A stretch of 64,000 nucleotides of DNA, taken from the NCBI GenBank assembly GCA_964016885.1, contig OZ024751.1:40672001-40736000 (forward strand), in the 5' to 3' direction. The notes beneath the pieces were generated by a model. That model was given only the letters and a program-made list of their open reading frames with translations. It ran no database searches and was not told the DNA's origin. Position numbers and translations under genes: made by a program. The number at the start of each line of letters is the position of its first letter. Within the stretch, counting starts at the first letter, position 1. Of the stretch, positions 1-14,582 are shown piece after piece. The stretch comes from Eledone cirrhosa. Lineage: Eukaryota.

Positions 1-175
1 ATATAAATATATATATATGTGTGTGTGTATGTATGAGTGTATATGTGTATATATATATATGTATATATGTACGTATGTATATGTATATATGTGTATGTAT
101 GAGTGTATATGTGTATATATATATATGTATATATGTACGTATGTATATGTATATATGTGTATATGTATATATGTA

Positions 176-215
<40 letters not shown>

Positions 216-438
216 ATATATATATATATGATATATATATATATATATATATATGATATATATGTATATATATATGTATATATATATATATATATGTATA
301 TGTGTATAAATAATGTCACGTGAGGTCGATGCTCTAGCGATGACTGAAGTCTTGACACCAACCGGGGTAACTTGTTCACAATTCTGTCCGCTGTGGGGAC
401 CATCAGCCAATATCCACCCGACACAGACAGACAGACAT

Positions 439-481
<43 letters not shown>

Positions 482-619
482 CAACCACTATCTATAAACG
501 GAATAATAACGATAATAATAATAATAATAAAAATAATAATATTATCCTTATTGGATATAACCAGCAGCAACCAGTTCTTGTATGACCCCTTCACCCCAAC
601 CCATCCCATCCCCCTCCCA

Positions 620-685
<66 letters not shown>

Positions 686-815
686 GATATGTTTGTTATT
701 TTTTGTTATGGAGTAATGGAAGGTTCCCATTAAATAAAGAAAGAAAAGGAAAAAAAAGAAAAGAAGGAGGAGTGAAATCAATAACATCAACGTTTGTGAC
801 AGATATATATATATA

Positions 816-898
<83 letters not shown>

Positions 899-920
899 AT
901 ACTTTGGGAGGGTCATGTTG

Positions 921-990
<70 letters not shown>

Positions 991-1010
991 TTTATATATA
1001 TATATACATA

Positions 1011-1081
<71 letters not shown>

Positions 1082-1083
1082 TT

Positions 1084-1175
<92 letters not shown>

Positions 1176-1238
1176 CAACATGACCCTCCCAAAGTATAAC
1201 AATATATATATATACATATATTTATATATATATACATA

Positions 1239-1320
<82 letters not shown>

Positions 1321-1328
1321 CATATATT

Positions 1329-1360
<32 letters not shown>

Positions 1361-1362
1361 TT

Positions 1363-1448
<86 letters not shown>

Positions 1449-1683
1449 TATATAAATATATATATATACATATATACATGTGTGTGTGTGTTTATATATA
1501 TGTATGTTTATATATATATATATGTTTATATATATATATATGCATATATATATATATATATATATATGCATATGTTCATATATATATATATATATGGATA
1601 TATGAGGGAGTAGGAGATAAGATATACTGTGAGGAGGGGGGGATGATATGGTGGGGAGTGGTGAGAAGAAGCAGAAGGGGAAA

Positions 1684-1731
<48 letters not shown>

Positions 1732-2277
1732 GAGAGAGAGAGAGGGGGCGGGGTGGAGAAATGTAGGAAAGGGCGGCGGAAGAGGGGATGGGGTGGAATA
1801 AGGGACGGTGATGACCCGACCCAGGGGAGAGAGACAGTGTAAGATGGGGGGTGGGGTGGCTGTGGGGGATGTGGGACGTTGATGACCCCAGGGGAGTGAC
1901 AGGGTAAGTGTAAGTGATTGGCAGAAAGTGAGAAATGTGTATTTTTTGAAGCGTGTGTCACAGTCTATGTTAGTGTGTGTGTGTGTGTGTGTCTGTCTGT
2001 GTGTGTTGTGTCACTATATGTATGTATGTGTGTGTGTAAATATATATATATGTGTGTGTGTATGTGTGTGATTTTACCAGTGTATGTGTATGAGAGATAG
2101 ACCGGCATTACACATATATAGGTATATATATATGTGTTTATGTATATATGTGTATATATATATATATGTGTATATGTATATATGTGTATATATATATATA
2201 TATGTGTATATGTATATATGCATATAAGTGTATATTTATGTATCTTTAAGTTTATATGTACGAATGGAAGTATGTAT

Positions 2278-2311
<34 letters not shown>

Positions 2312-2534
2312 ATACATACTTCCATTCGTACATATAAACTTATATATATATATGTATATATATACTTCCATTCGTACATATAAACTTATATATATATATA
2401 TATATATACAAACACACATATATATATATACAAACACATATATATATATATATACAAACACCATAGTTTGACACTAAGGAAACCGCCGACCGAAGGCACT
2501 AACTATACATGCAACAATATATATATATATATAT

Positions 2535-2735
2535 ATAGGAAAAGAGTCAGGACCCCAACGGCTGAGCTCCGGCCGTTACGACAGCCAGATCATAACAGGT
2601 CGGATCTAGATGTTGAATCGGCCGGAGCTCAGCCGTAGGGGTCCTGACTCTTTTCCTATTACCCACTCTTCTACCCTTAGTATCGAGTACTCTGGTGCGT
2701 TATGGTCCGCCTGGTATCTTACCACACTTCCTTTG
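2535..2735. mobile_element. Hairpin-forming MITE-like repeat in (TA)n
   Basis: ATAGGAAAAGAGTCAGGACCCC...GGGGTCCTGACTCTTTTCCTAT palindrome 2535-2659; relatives at ~13735, 45070, 51733. Confidence 0.65.
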
Positions 2736-2818
<83 letters not shown>

Positions 2819-3358
2819 AATAAGATAATAATGATGGCTGCCCGTTGCAAATGGTGGTGCATATGAAAAAAGAGAGTCCTTCATCAGTGACCCTCCAACC
2901 GTCCCAGGCATTTCATCGCTTTAAGGGCCATATGCCTCAGGTTGGTGCGAACAACGGCTAAAAAAAGTCGTTGGGACACGTAAATAAAGGGGACGTTAGG
3001 GTAACAAACAAAATGGTTTAAGCAACGGAAAGTGAGAAGAAATAGACAAGTCCCAGATCTCTATGAATATAAACTCGGTGAAATCGTGAACAAGAGACAA
3101 ATGTTGATGATACAACTGTATAAGGCAGTCAGATATTTCAAGCTTTAATGTAATTTTGTCAATATCCAGATTGGTGAAAGACAGTTCCGTGGGTGAGATC
3201 TTTCTGGACTTTAATTGATCGACTTCATCAATACACACTCTTGACAAGTCCAATGTGTCCGAACACGGAAGGGCCGAATTCCCATCGTCATCGCCCCCAT
3301 CTCTCTCGACCTCTCCATCGCTCTGTATGGTGAGCAAAAATGGGGTCCCACGGGCTAG

Positions 3359-3600
3359 CTACGCCATAGCCCCGGCGGACAGAATGGAAGAGGCGTTTCC
3401 CCGGAGGATGGTAAGGGAGATGCGCTGGAAGAGCTAGAGCCATTCCATCTCGCGAGGCTCACACCTGCGGCTAGCCAGTTCTGCGCCCATGGTAGTAAGT
3501 AGGGAGGTAGCCCTAGGGCCAAAGACACCAGAAGTCTCCATTGCCAAATAAATGCAATATGAGTATTTCTGATCATCGTAGATTGCTAACCACGGAGCAT
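3359..3600 (-). mobile_element. CRE-clade-like non-LTR retrotransposon, restriction-like endonuclease C-terminus (decayed)
   Basis: LAMETSGVFGPRATSLL...EMEWL*LFQRISLTILRGNASSIL matches the ETxG...QRxSxxxxRGNA terminus. Confidence 0.7.
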
Positions 3601-3979
3601 ATATAACAATGAAAATAATCACCAAGGTTTAATACATTAATACATTATTTAATTAATTTAAAAAAGCGGTGAATTGGCAGGGTCGGACGCCATGATTTGA
3701 CGTATATAGTTACGGCCCTTGCCATTCTGAGTTCAAATCCCGCCGAGGTTAACTTTGCCTTTCATCCTTATGGGGTCGATAAAATAAAGTACCAGTAATC
3801 TACTGGGTAATTGCTGGCCTTGTGTCAAAAGTAGAAACAATTATTTAATTAATTTACATATGTTTCAATTAAACTACAAATGATGTAGCATTTATTTCCT
3901 TTGTAGAGAAATCTTTAGAATCATTATATATAAAATAGAAAATATATTTATTTACCAATCCAATGTCCTAGACACGTAT

Positions 3980-4057
<78 letters not shown>

Positions 4058-4154
4058 GTTAGGTAATTCCGAAGGAAAAGCAAAGGAATAAAGAGTGCTC
4101 TATGTGTAGAACAGAGCTATTTAATTAGAAAGTGAACAACACAAAATATAACTA

Positions 4155-4222
4155 CTCCATTACCAAAGGTTTCTGGATTCCAAACAATATAAATATACGT
4201 CATGATCGATCATCAGACAGAG
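4155..4222 (-). ncRNA. Hammerhead ribozyme motif with long, partly decayed stem II
   Basis: ctctgt-CTGATGA-tcgat...atcca-GAAA-cc(ttt)gg-TA-atggag; core-mutated relative on + strand at ~35792-35859. Confidence 0.55.
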
Positions 4223-4310
4223 ATGATAACATCTCTGTGTAGTTCACTTTCTAATTAAATCTCTCTCTCTCTCTCTCTCCCTCTCTCTCTCTCTATATAT
4301 ATATAATTAA

Positions 4311-4421
<111 letters not shown>

Positions 4422-4440
4422 TATATATATATATATATAG

Positions 4441-5130
4441 ATATATTTCGTTTCTGAATTTGTTTAGCAAGATTCTTTATCTGAAAACGTGTGTTGAAAC
4501 CGATATTGTTATACTTTGGGAGGGTCGTGTTGCCAATAAGAAACACACGCACCAGTTGCTTTCACTCCAATTTATTATAAATTAAATTTATAAATTTAAA
4601 AATTTATAAATTTCCGGTTGGTTGGTTGGTTCCACAACCTGACGGTTGTTCATATATTGTCAAAGTTCTTTCGTCACACATTCTGTGACCTCTTCAGTGA
4701 CTGGGGATTCTTTTCTTTGTTTTTGTGCCTCTCCTTTGTTCTGTCCTACGCTATCTTGTTTTTGTGTGTTATGTGTGCTTAGTTTGCGCATGTGCTACAT
4801 CCGGGTGTCTGTGTGTGTTAATATTTGTTTATTTATTTGTTTATTTACATGTTACTGGTTGGTTGTTTGTTCTATGTGTGTGTGTGTTTTCATTTTGTCC
4901 TTAATTGTAAGTTGTCATGTTGCTATTCCATTCATGTTTTCTATTTAATTTTGGCTGGAGTTCATTTATGTTTATTGCCTCTGTGATTTGTCTAAACATT
5001 GCGTCTTTTCTGTGTGTAGATTCTATTTTTATTTCTATGTTCTCTAATTTACCCTTATGTTCTATTTTAGCATGCTGGTGGAGTACAGATGATTCTTTTC
5101 TATCTTGAAGCTCTCGCCAGTGTTCATTTA
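4441..5130. mobile_element. Penelope-like (hammerhead-bearing) repeat family, longest copy; inserted in (TA)n
   Basis: Diagnostic ATATTGTTATACTTTGGGAGGGTCATGTTGCCAAT recurs at ~891, 1170, 21893, 22795, 31877, 32063, 57464, 59003, 59300, 62101, often as inverted pairs. Confidence 0.65.
4659..4702 (-). ncRNA. Minimal hammerhead ribozyme motif in Penelope-like repeat
   Basis: Same motif as 32216-32259. Confidence 0.68.
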
Positions 5131-5268
5131 TATATATGTAGAGTGCAGATATTGATTATACGAATTTTCACCTAACATTATACACACACATATATGTTAT
5201 ATATATATATATATATATGTAATATATATGTAATATATACATATATGTGGGCATATATGTATAAATAT

Positions 5269-5309
<41 letters not shown>

Positions 5310-5373
5310 TATGTATATATATATATATGAAAAGTATATGTGTATAATACATAAATATGTAACACACACATAT

Positions 5374-5407
<34 letters not shown>

Positions 5408-5651
5408 GAAATGCATTTGTATATATAATATATATAATATATACAAATGTGAGAAAAACCACAGACCCTCTATCTCAACTCTACTTTTGAAAAGCAGAAG
5501 AACTGCGAAACCGGTAAAGGAACCAAATAAATAAATATATATATTTTTTAAAATAAGACTCCAGTTGAATTTTCGATTTCATCCTTTTTTCTTTATACTT
5601 TCACTCGTGTAGGACACCTCGGTTATTTTTTCATTTTGTGAAAAACACCTC

Positions 5652-5699
<48 letters not shown>

Positions 5700-5879
5700 C
5701 GTATATATTACATATATACGAAATATATAAATAAGTAATATATATATATATATACTTATATAATACACCTGCTTGTTTAAAAACATCTTTCAAAGAAGTA
5801 GTCTTTTGTACTGTTTATTATAATAAATTACTGTATATATATATATATAACATATATACATACATTTTTATGTGTATAT

Positions 5880-5977
<98 letters not shown>

Positions 5978-6093
5978 AGAGAGAGAAAGAGCCATATATC
6001 TCTTTATTTGGTTACTATGGCTCTAGATAAAGTCTGTTTAGCTTACTTATTGAGAAACACATAATTCTAAACATATTTGATACGTTTTGATTC

Positions 6094-6171
<78 letters not shown>

Positions 6172-6249
6172 GAGGTTATATTTAATTTGTTAGGATTCAA
6201 CAAGCTTAAACATTTTTATAACTGATACTCAACAAGTTAGTGGAGTAAA

Positions 6250-6622
6250 TATACAATATATTAATAAATGGAAACTATATTTATAAAACCATAATTATTT
6301 TATTATATATATTTCAAGGTAGATTACGGTGCGCTTTCATCAAATAAAATACTGATTTGTTTTATAAATAAATATTGACATACCCGGAAAAAAGACACTC
6401 ATTTACATACTCACTCACAACTCTGTATCACCCTCAATTATCTCCACTATCCAGAGAATTTCAACCGTTGAGGTTGTCTTTTTTCCGGGTATGTCAATAT
6501 TTATTTATAAAACAAATCTGTATTTTATCTGATGAGCGCACCATAATTTACCTTGGTCGCCCTTGAAATATATATAATAAAATAATTATGGTTTTATAAA
6601 TATAGTTTCCATTTATTAATAT

Positions 6623-6630
<8 letters not shown>
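6250..6630. repeat. Foldback inverted repeat (~150-bp arms, ~80-bp spacer)
   Basis: 6250-6396 is the reverse complement of ~6475-6630. Confidence 0.85.
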
Positions 6631-6688
<58 letters not shown>

Positions 6689-6860
6689 AATACTACAACG
6701 AAGACACAAAACACGGAAACGCTAGAACTAGAAATAACGTTTCGTTAATAATTATATATATATATCACTCGATATGCAAATTAGGCTGCTCAGCCGTTAA
6801 TATGCATAAGGAAAGTATATACTTTCAAACGTTCAATCGATTGACAGGAAGGTATACATA

Positions 6861-6901
6861 CGGTGCTGATGACAGCTAATAAGCTAGAAACTAGTTCATC
6901 G
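6861..6901 (+). ncRNA. Minimal hammerhead ribozyme motif (palindromic ACTAGT helix III)
   Basis: cggtg-CTGATGA-c-agct(aata)agct-a-GAAA-ctag-TT-catcg. Confidence 0.65.
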
Positions 6902-7168
6902 TTCCTTTGTCAGTGTTGAACAAAAGGGCAACGATGGTTGCCGAAAACTGTACGGCTTAATTCGGGCTATTTGTTTACAAACAAACCGAACATTATAATA
7001 AATGTTCGGTAAACCCATACGTACATATATATATATATGTATATGTATGTATGTATGTATGTATATACATACTGCTATACGTCTGTATACATATATGTAT
7101 GTACGTATACATACTTATATTTAAGTATCAGCCATACTAAGAGTGAGAAATGAAATTTCATTTTGTCC

Positions 7169-7204
<36 letters not shown>

Positions 7205-7537
7205 AGAATGGTTTCTTATGTAGGCACAAGGCCAGCAATTTTGGGGAGGGGGAAAGTCGATTAAATCGACCCCAGTGGATGACTGGTACTTTATTTTATC
7301 GATCCGGTAAGGATGAAAGCAAAGTTAACCTCGGTGGGATTTGAACTCAGATCATAAAGGGCCATAATTCTTTGCTGCAAAGCATGGTGTCCGACCCTCA
7401 AGTGATACTGCCAATCCTACATATGGAAGGGAATTAAGTCTTGTAAAATAATTCTATGGTAATCTCCCTTGTATTTTTCTTAACTTAAAAGCATATGCAT
7501 TAGTGGATTTACTGTGCGCTTTTTTATATTTTATTAT

Positions 7538-7730
7538 TAGTGGATTGGCAGTATCGGTAGAGGGTCGGACGTCATGCTTTGACGCATAGAGTTACGGCCC
7601 TTGCCATTCTGAGTTCAAATCCCGCCGAGGTTAACTTTGCCATTCAACCTTACGGGGTCGATAAAATAAAGTACCAGTAATGTACTGGATAATTGCTGGC
7701 CTTGTGCCAAAAATAGAAACAATTATTAGT
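7538..7730 (+). mobile_element. tRNA-derived SINE family 1 (~185 bp), representative copy
   Basis: A-box TGGCAGTATCGG, B-box GAGTTCAAATCC, central CTTTCATCCTT...GGTCGATAAAATAAAGTACCAG; other copies ~3667, 7205, 13875, 16682, 18100, 24934, 25137, 33612, 39500, 40045, 44852, 45692, 46045, 49160, 54580, 56460, 61313, 63560. Confidence 0.85.
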
Positions 7731-8461
7731 TCTTTATCTTACGTAATTGTCAAAGTTCTTTCGTCACACATTCTGCGATTTCACCAATGACTATTTGTTT
7801 TCCTCCGTGTCTCTTCTTTCTGGTCGTTTCTTGTTTACTCCACTGCACACTGCAAGCACTTATTTTGTTTCCCATTTCACATCACAGATGATTGTTTCCA
7901 ACTATACAGTGCAGAGGTTTGCTTCATTTTCACCTCTACATTGTAGGCATAGTCTTTACTTTCAACTGCAGACACTCGACAGAACTCTATACGTCAAAGC
8001 ATGGCGTCCGACCCTCTACCGATACTGCCAATCCACCATAATACATAGTCGCTATGTATGAAAATACTTCTGATAACTGACAGGGAAACAAAGTAGCGTG
8101 TCGTCATAGTGTCCCCCGTCTATCATTCTCAATCAGATAATTCTAGACCTAGTTCTAATCCACATCAAACATTTTATTCTCCAGCCGAACCCGTCACCAG
8201 CAGGGGTGGGGAAATAGATGATGCTATCCCCTCTTTTTCAATGCTGATCACTGAGATTTAGAAAATAGAGTTTATAAAAACATTTTTTCCAATTCCAACC
8301 CACTCGTCCCCTCAATCTATCTTATTTCTCATTCTTTCTTCTGATGAAGGACTAGCGTCAGAAACGTTAAGACCCTCTTCCTTCTATATCAAGCGTTAAC
8401 CTAATATATTCCTTCCATATATTGTACCGATTGTGTTGTTATTTCTGTTTACCTTTTACAT

Positions 8462-8499
<38 letters not shown>

Positions 8500-10027
8500 G
8501 TCTTGAAATACGTTACTTGTATTACAGTGCTCACCCAGAATATTCTGCAGCTTCCTTGAGCATCAAAGCATGATGACGGGCCTTTTTCCGATGGTGAAAA
8601 CACAGACACATACACACTTTCTTAAAGAAATTTTACCAAAATAGCATAAAAATATGAGCCATAAAACTTTTTAACAACAGAAAGTAAAAGAAAAACAACA
8701 ATATATATATATTTGGAAGAATAACAACGCACAAGTAGCTTTTCAAAGGTTTTCTGTTTAATTTTAAGGCACCATTTTCAATATATCCATATATGCACAA
8801 GGAAGTGTACATATATATTGACATATGTACAGTTCTGTATATACAAAAATGAAAAAAATTTATTATTGGTTACTTAGCCAGAAATATTGGCTGCACAACC
8901 ATGAAATCCGATCGCAAATAAAATTACTTTCTTCTTATTTACTCCTGATATTATTGTGAGAAATAGAGATGACGGGTTTGTCCCCTTCAATGCTGGAATT
9001 ATGATAAATTGAGTTTTTTTAATTACCTTCATTTTCAATTTCGCAAGACGGAATTTTAAGTGATAAAAAAAATATTCTTCTTTGACTTATTAACCAAAGA
9101 ATGCAAACAAAAAGTACATAAAAGACAGGCTTGAAGAAAAATATATTTTGTTTGTGTTTTTACATAGCATGAAGACTGAAGATCCAGGAAAGATGAAACG
9201 ATGAGTTGTGATGTTCATTCTTTATCCCCCAAAAAGCTTTACCGATGCATGGAAAAATGAAGTGAAACAGCTACAAAACGAGAATCAAAACCAGAGACAA
9301 AAAAAAAGGAAGAAAATATATCAACTCGCTGGGATGTTACACAGCTTAATCTAAACATTTGCCAGTGTAGCGGCCTCCCTCGGCCATTACTGACCAAGGG
9401 TTTGCACCTGGAAACTTCCTCTTCAAAGCAAGAAACCACGCAAGATATTATATGAAAGACCAATAGTCATCATCCATTACACTCCGGTCTTCACGTCACC
9501 AATGTTGTTCAAAGGTAAGGCAAAAGCCGATATAGCCCGGAACCAGCTCAATGGAGTGGAACAGTGTGAATTAGAATGTCTTGCTCAAGGACATAATGCA
9601 CCGCCCCCGGTCCGGAGATCGAATTCACGACCGTGTAACCGCGAGCCCCTCAAACCCTAACCAGTAGGGCACGTGCTTTCACTACGCTTGCCATTATAAA
9701 CGAAAATACATACAGAAAATATTTTATTACATAGGAGCAAGGCATAAAATAATTTGTAGGGATGATGAAATCTGATGTTCTCCCACATCGGTATATATTG
9801 ACGTTATTGAAAGCAAAAGGAAGGAAAATAGTTGAAAGATATAATAGAGGAAACTGGATTAGGGGCTTAGGTCACGGATTAACCCTATCTGGGAGTTTCA
9901 TGTTGCTCAACGGTGCACGTCATGGAAATAAAAAATATACTACAGTATAAAATATAGAGAGATGTTTTGGTGATGAGTAAAGAAATAACGATAGTTTTAC
10001 TATTGCTGTTGGCTTTAGTAGAGACCT

Positions 10028-10029
<2 letters not shown>

Positions 10030-10082
<53 letters not shown>

Positions 10083-10497
10083 GATATATATACACATATA
10101 TATATATATATATTATACATATATATATATATATTATACATATATATATATATATTATACATATATATATATATATATTATACATATATATATATTATAC
10201 ATATATATATATATATATTATACATATATATATATATATATTATACATATATATATATTATACATATATATATATATATATTATACATATATACATATAT
10301 ATATTATACATATATACATATATATATTATACATATATATATATATATATTATACATATATACATATATATATTATACATATATACATATATATATTATA
10401 CATATATACATATATACATATATATATTATACATATATACATATATATATTATACATATATACATATATATATTATACATATATACATATATATATT

Positions 10498-10542
<45 letters not shown>

Positions 10543-10782
10543 GATATATATATATATATTATACATAAATATATATACATATAGATATACATAAATATAT
10601 ATACATATAGATATACATAGATATATATATATTATACATAGATATATACATATATATATACATATATATATATATATTATACATATATATATATATATTA
10701 TACATATATATATATACATACATATATATATATACATACATATATATATATACATACATATATATATATACATACATACATA

Positions 10783-10813
<31 letters not shown>

Positions 10814-10885
10814 CTATGTATAATATATATATATATATATAAATAAATATATATATATATATAAATAAATATATATATATATATA

Positions 10886-10942
<57 letters not shown>

Positions 10943-10985
10943 AAATATATATATATATATATAAAATATATATATATATATATAT

Positions 10986-11075
<90 letters not shown>
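10030..11075. repeat. Long interrupted (TA)n microsatellite (others at 1-310, 803-1600, 21663-21890 and many shorter)
   Basis: Directly visible. Confidence 0.95.
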
Positions 11076-11078
<3 letters not shown>

Positions 11079-11637
11079 CTAGTGATAAAGTAGAAAGACA
11101 GGGATAGTATAAACACTTCCACCTTGCAACAATAACTGAACTAGGAATGTAGAACCTGGAAACCTAAAGACAAATGTCGCTGTCTTTTGTATTGGCTTCC
11201 TTCCATTATTATGTCTTTGATTCTTTGACTGGTTTTGGTTAGTCGACCTCTGCTAGGAGTTGGGGGTAGGGAGAAAGGCTTTAAGTCAATTCTATCGACA
11301 CAGATACATTGTCTGATACTTACTTTATCGATCTCGTTAAGGACGAAAGACAGGTCCACCGAGCATAAAGGGACATAACTCGGACGGAATTTAATAACGC
11401 AATGCATTTTTGTTCAACGCACCGATTTCGTTTACCCCTCACAATGACACACACATGAACACATACAAAAACTTAAATGCAAATGCAAATACACAAACAA
11501 TCAAATATGTATATATATATGTATGTATATAATATATGTACATAAATACATACATATGCACACACACATATATATATGTAATATACAAACATATACAGTT
11601 ATATATATGTCTATATACATACATATACATACATATA

Positions 11638-11685
<48 letters not shown>

Positions 11686-14476
11686 CGTGTGTGTATTGTA
11701 TGCGTGTGTTTTGTGAGAAAAAAAAAGTTCTGGAAGACAAAGAATTCTATCAGAAAGTAAATAAATACACGAAGAAGAAAAAGTAAATTACGTAAGTTCT
11801 ATTTGTTTGATAAGGAAAGCAAATCAGATTGCTTTTACGAAGTCTAATCATCTCTTCGTCGCCATCTTGACCGTCTGTTTATCTATAACCTACCTAACTA
11901 TGTACGCGTTTAATCAAGCAAAATAAAATAATGGATTATTCTTTTCTCTTTTCTTAACAATCGTGTTTTCTCACTGCTATGGTGTTTAATTATCGGTTAC
12001 GGTTCTCATCGATTTTTAACTAAGTATTATTCTCCTATTTAATACCTAATAATGATGATGATGATGATGATGATGGTGGTGGTGATATGTATGATGTTGA
12101 TGATGATGATGATCGTAATAATGTTGATAATGATGATATCGATACTGATGGAAGTGATAAGGTATATGAACAGGTTGTAATCTAAACATGTCAAAACAGC
12201 AGTAAGAACACAAACTAATTTCTTATGTAAGCACAAGGCCAGAAATTCACAAAGGAAAGAAGTGAGTTTAGCGTAACATTAATTTTCTCCGAAGTTCTTA
12301 GCAGCATGAATAATTCCAAATCAAGAATCGAAATAGGGTCGCGGACTCAATTGCCCGCCAGTTAAGAGAAAACTTTAAATTAAAACGCTCCCACATGGTT
12401 ATATAAGTTATTTGGTTTTTATGCAAGATATTTTAATTCTATGTCATTGTAACTTTTATTAAGTTCTAAATATTCCCCCTATTTTACATAAGGGAATACC
12501 AGTCACTTATTTGCTGATGTACTGAGTTATTTCTTTTTGTTCGAAGTACGGAGGTATTCCCAGAACCTTATCAAGTCCTCAAAATAAATGACGGAGGAAG
12601 CAGAAACGATAGAAGCTAGCCCCAAATATTCTTGTGGTGTTTAGAAACGTCCCGTTGTCTAACTTGACTTTACCTTTCATATTCCCGCTCTTTATACTTC
12701 AACTAAAACTCTTTACAATGTGGCTTGTGTGCTAATGTATTAAACTGAAATAAAGGCATAAACGCTACAGCTACTCACACAATTGTTACATTTTAGACCA
12801 GACAATAAGACAGAATATTTCAAAATATGTCAGTATTGTTAGATTCTGAGTAGTAAACCTCCACAGATTTTGTAATTTTTTCGTCATCCCTGATAAATGT
12901 TGCAAATAAATGAAATTATTATTATTATTCTAGCGGATGATTGTTAGCAGAATTGTTAGAGAGTTGGACAAGAAGCCTTGCGGTATTTAGTTACAGCCCT
13001 TTTACGTTCTGAGTTCAAATCCAGCCGAGGTCAACTTTGTCATTCATCCTTCCAGTCGATAAAATAAACTATCAGTTATATGTATTTTGAGTTGACTAAA
13101 TACTTGCACAAAACGTGTGTTTCATCATTAGACACCAATATTTTCTATAAAAGCCTCCTAAATAATGTTTTTGTTGTCCTGTCAGATTATGAAGAAATTT
13201 ACAAGTGACCAGTATCTCACAAATCTAAACAGATATTTTTAATAATTAATAATATTTAGAAAGTGTTTTTCATTAGAAATATGCTAACGAAAAGGTTAAA
13301 CCTTTATATTTATCTAAAACTTTCCTCTCATAATTTTAAGTAAGAGCCTTTGTTAAGTTATGTTCCAGACACAAAATTAATAATGATAAAGTTAGTTATA
13401 TCAATAAATCTCTCCATGATTATTTTGAAAATTGTTTGAAAACCATACACAGAATCTTTCATTAGCATTATGGCAATGAAAGGGTTAATAATGCTGAATG
13501 TCAAGTGGAAATGGTTTTGTACTTGAGCGATGAACCCACACAACATCAACATGTATATATATTATCATAATTTGAATGAATATACATTCATCTTATATAT
13601 TAGTATCGTATTTATATATGGTAATCTTAGAGAAGGTGTGGCACTTGTTGCTGTAATGTTTAATAAAGATAATTTGAACATGAATTCAAGTTTATGAAAC
13701 AAATTTGCAACAATATATATATAGGGAGTTACCAGTCTAGACAAATAAAACCATGTTCAGCTAAGTTCTCGATACTTGGGAAAGTAGAGTATATGTATTG
13801 TAAATAGTTAGTGCCCGACGCCATCGAAACGGCGTGAGCTCAGCCGTCGGTCACTATTTACAATATATATATATAATTGTTTCTATTTTTTGGCACAAGG
13901 CCAGCAATTATCCCAGTGTATTACTGGTACTTTATTTTATCGACCCCGTAAGGACGAAAGGCAAAGTTAACCTCGGCGGGATTTGAACTCAGTCTGTAAA
14001 GGGACGTAACTGTGCTGCAAAGCATGGCGTCCGACCCTCTACCGATACTGCCAATCTGAACAATGAACTCATACTATTTCAATAGCAATAGTTTGTTGAC
14101 CTTTGTAACATGTAAGGAGAACCGGAAGCTGTTGGCTTCCATTTTCCTCATACGGTATGAGGTGACAGTTATTTTAACTGTTGGGCTGGTATGGTAGTGA
14201 AGAAAGGATTAGTAGATAGATATTGCTTCATGGTCCTAGCAGACAGAACCGTGAATCTGTTACACCAGAGGATAGCGACAGAGATTCACTATTAATATCT
14301 ATAATTCTATAATAGAAATTCTTTTGTTTTTTTAAAAATATTTTTAGATGTTCTACCATAAACCGATTAGAAATTACTGGAATCTGGAGATATTTTAATT
14401 TGAGTCGCATAAAAGCAGCATTATATCTGCAGTGGTCATAACATAAGGATTTAAGCCTATATACACATCACATGTC

Positions 14477-14533
<57 letters not shown>

Positions 14534-14576
14534 AGTAAGAATATTTTCGAAACATTTCTAATAGTATATATATACA

Positions 14577-14582
14577 TTTATT
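14577..14582 (-). terminator. Candidate polyadenylation signal (AATAAA) of the SRCR gene
   Basis: AATAAA on the minus strand at the end of a ~1.1-kb repeat-free stretch downstream of the stop, just before a (TA)n tract; hexamer is common in AT-rich DNA. Confidence 0.35.

Noticed and set aside
17-2464. Many [10 protein letters not shown] ORFs here and throughout the window
   Set aside because: Translations of (TA)n and (TG)n microsatellites with no stop codons; not genes
2996-3337. 113-aa minus-strand ORF of ordinary composition
   Set aside because: No recognisable domain or splice context; lies between repeat fragments
11848-11870. AAGATGGCG (YY1/Kozak-like) start on the minus strand; similar ATGGCG and a duplicated CCGGAAG near 15020-15105
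   Set aside because: Frames close within five codons and there is no other promoter or exon support
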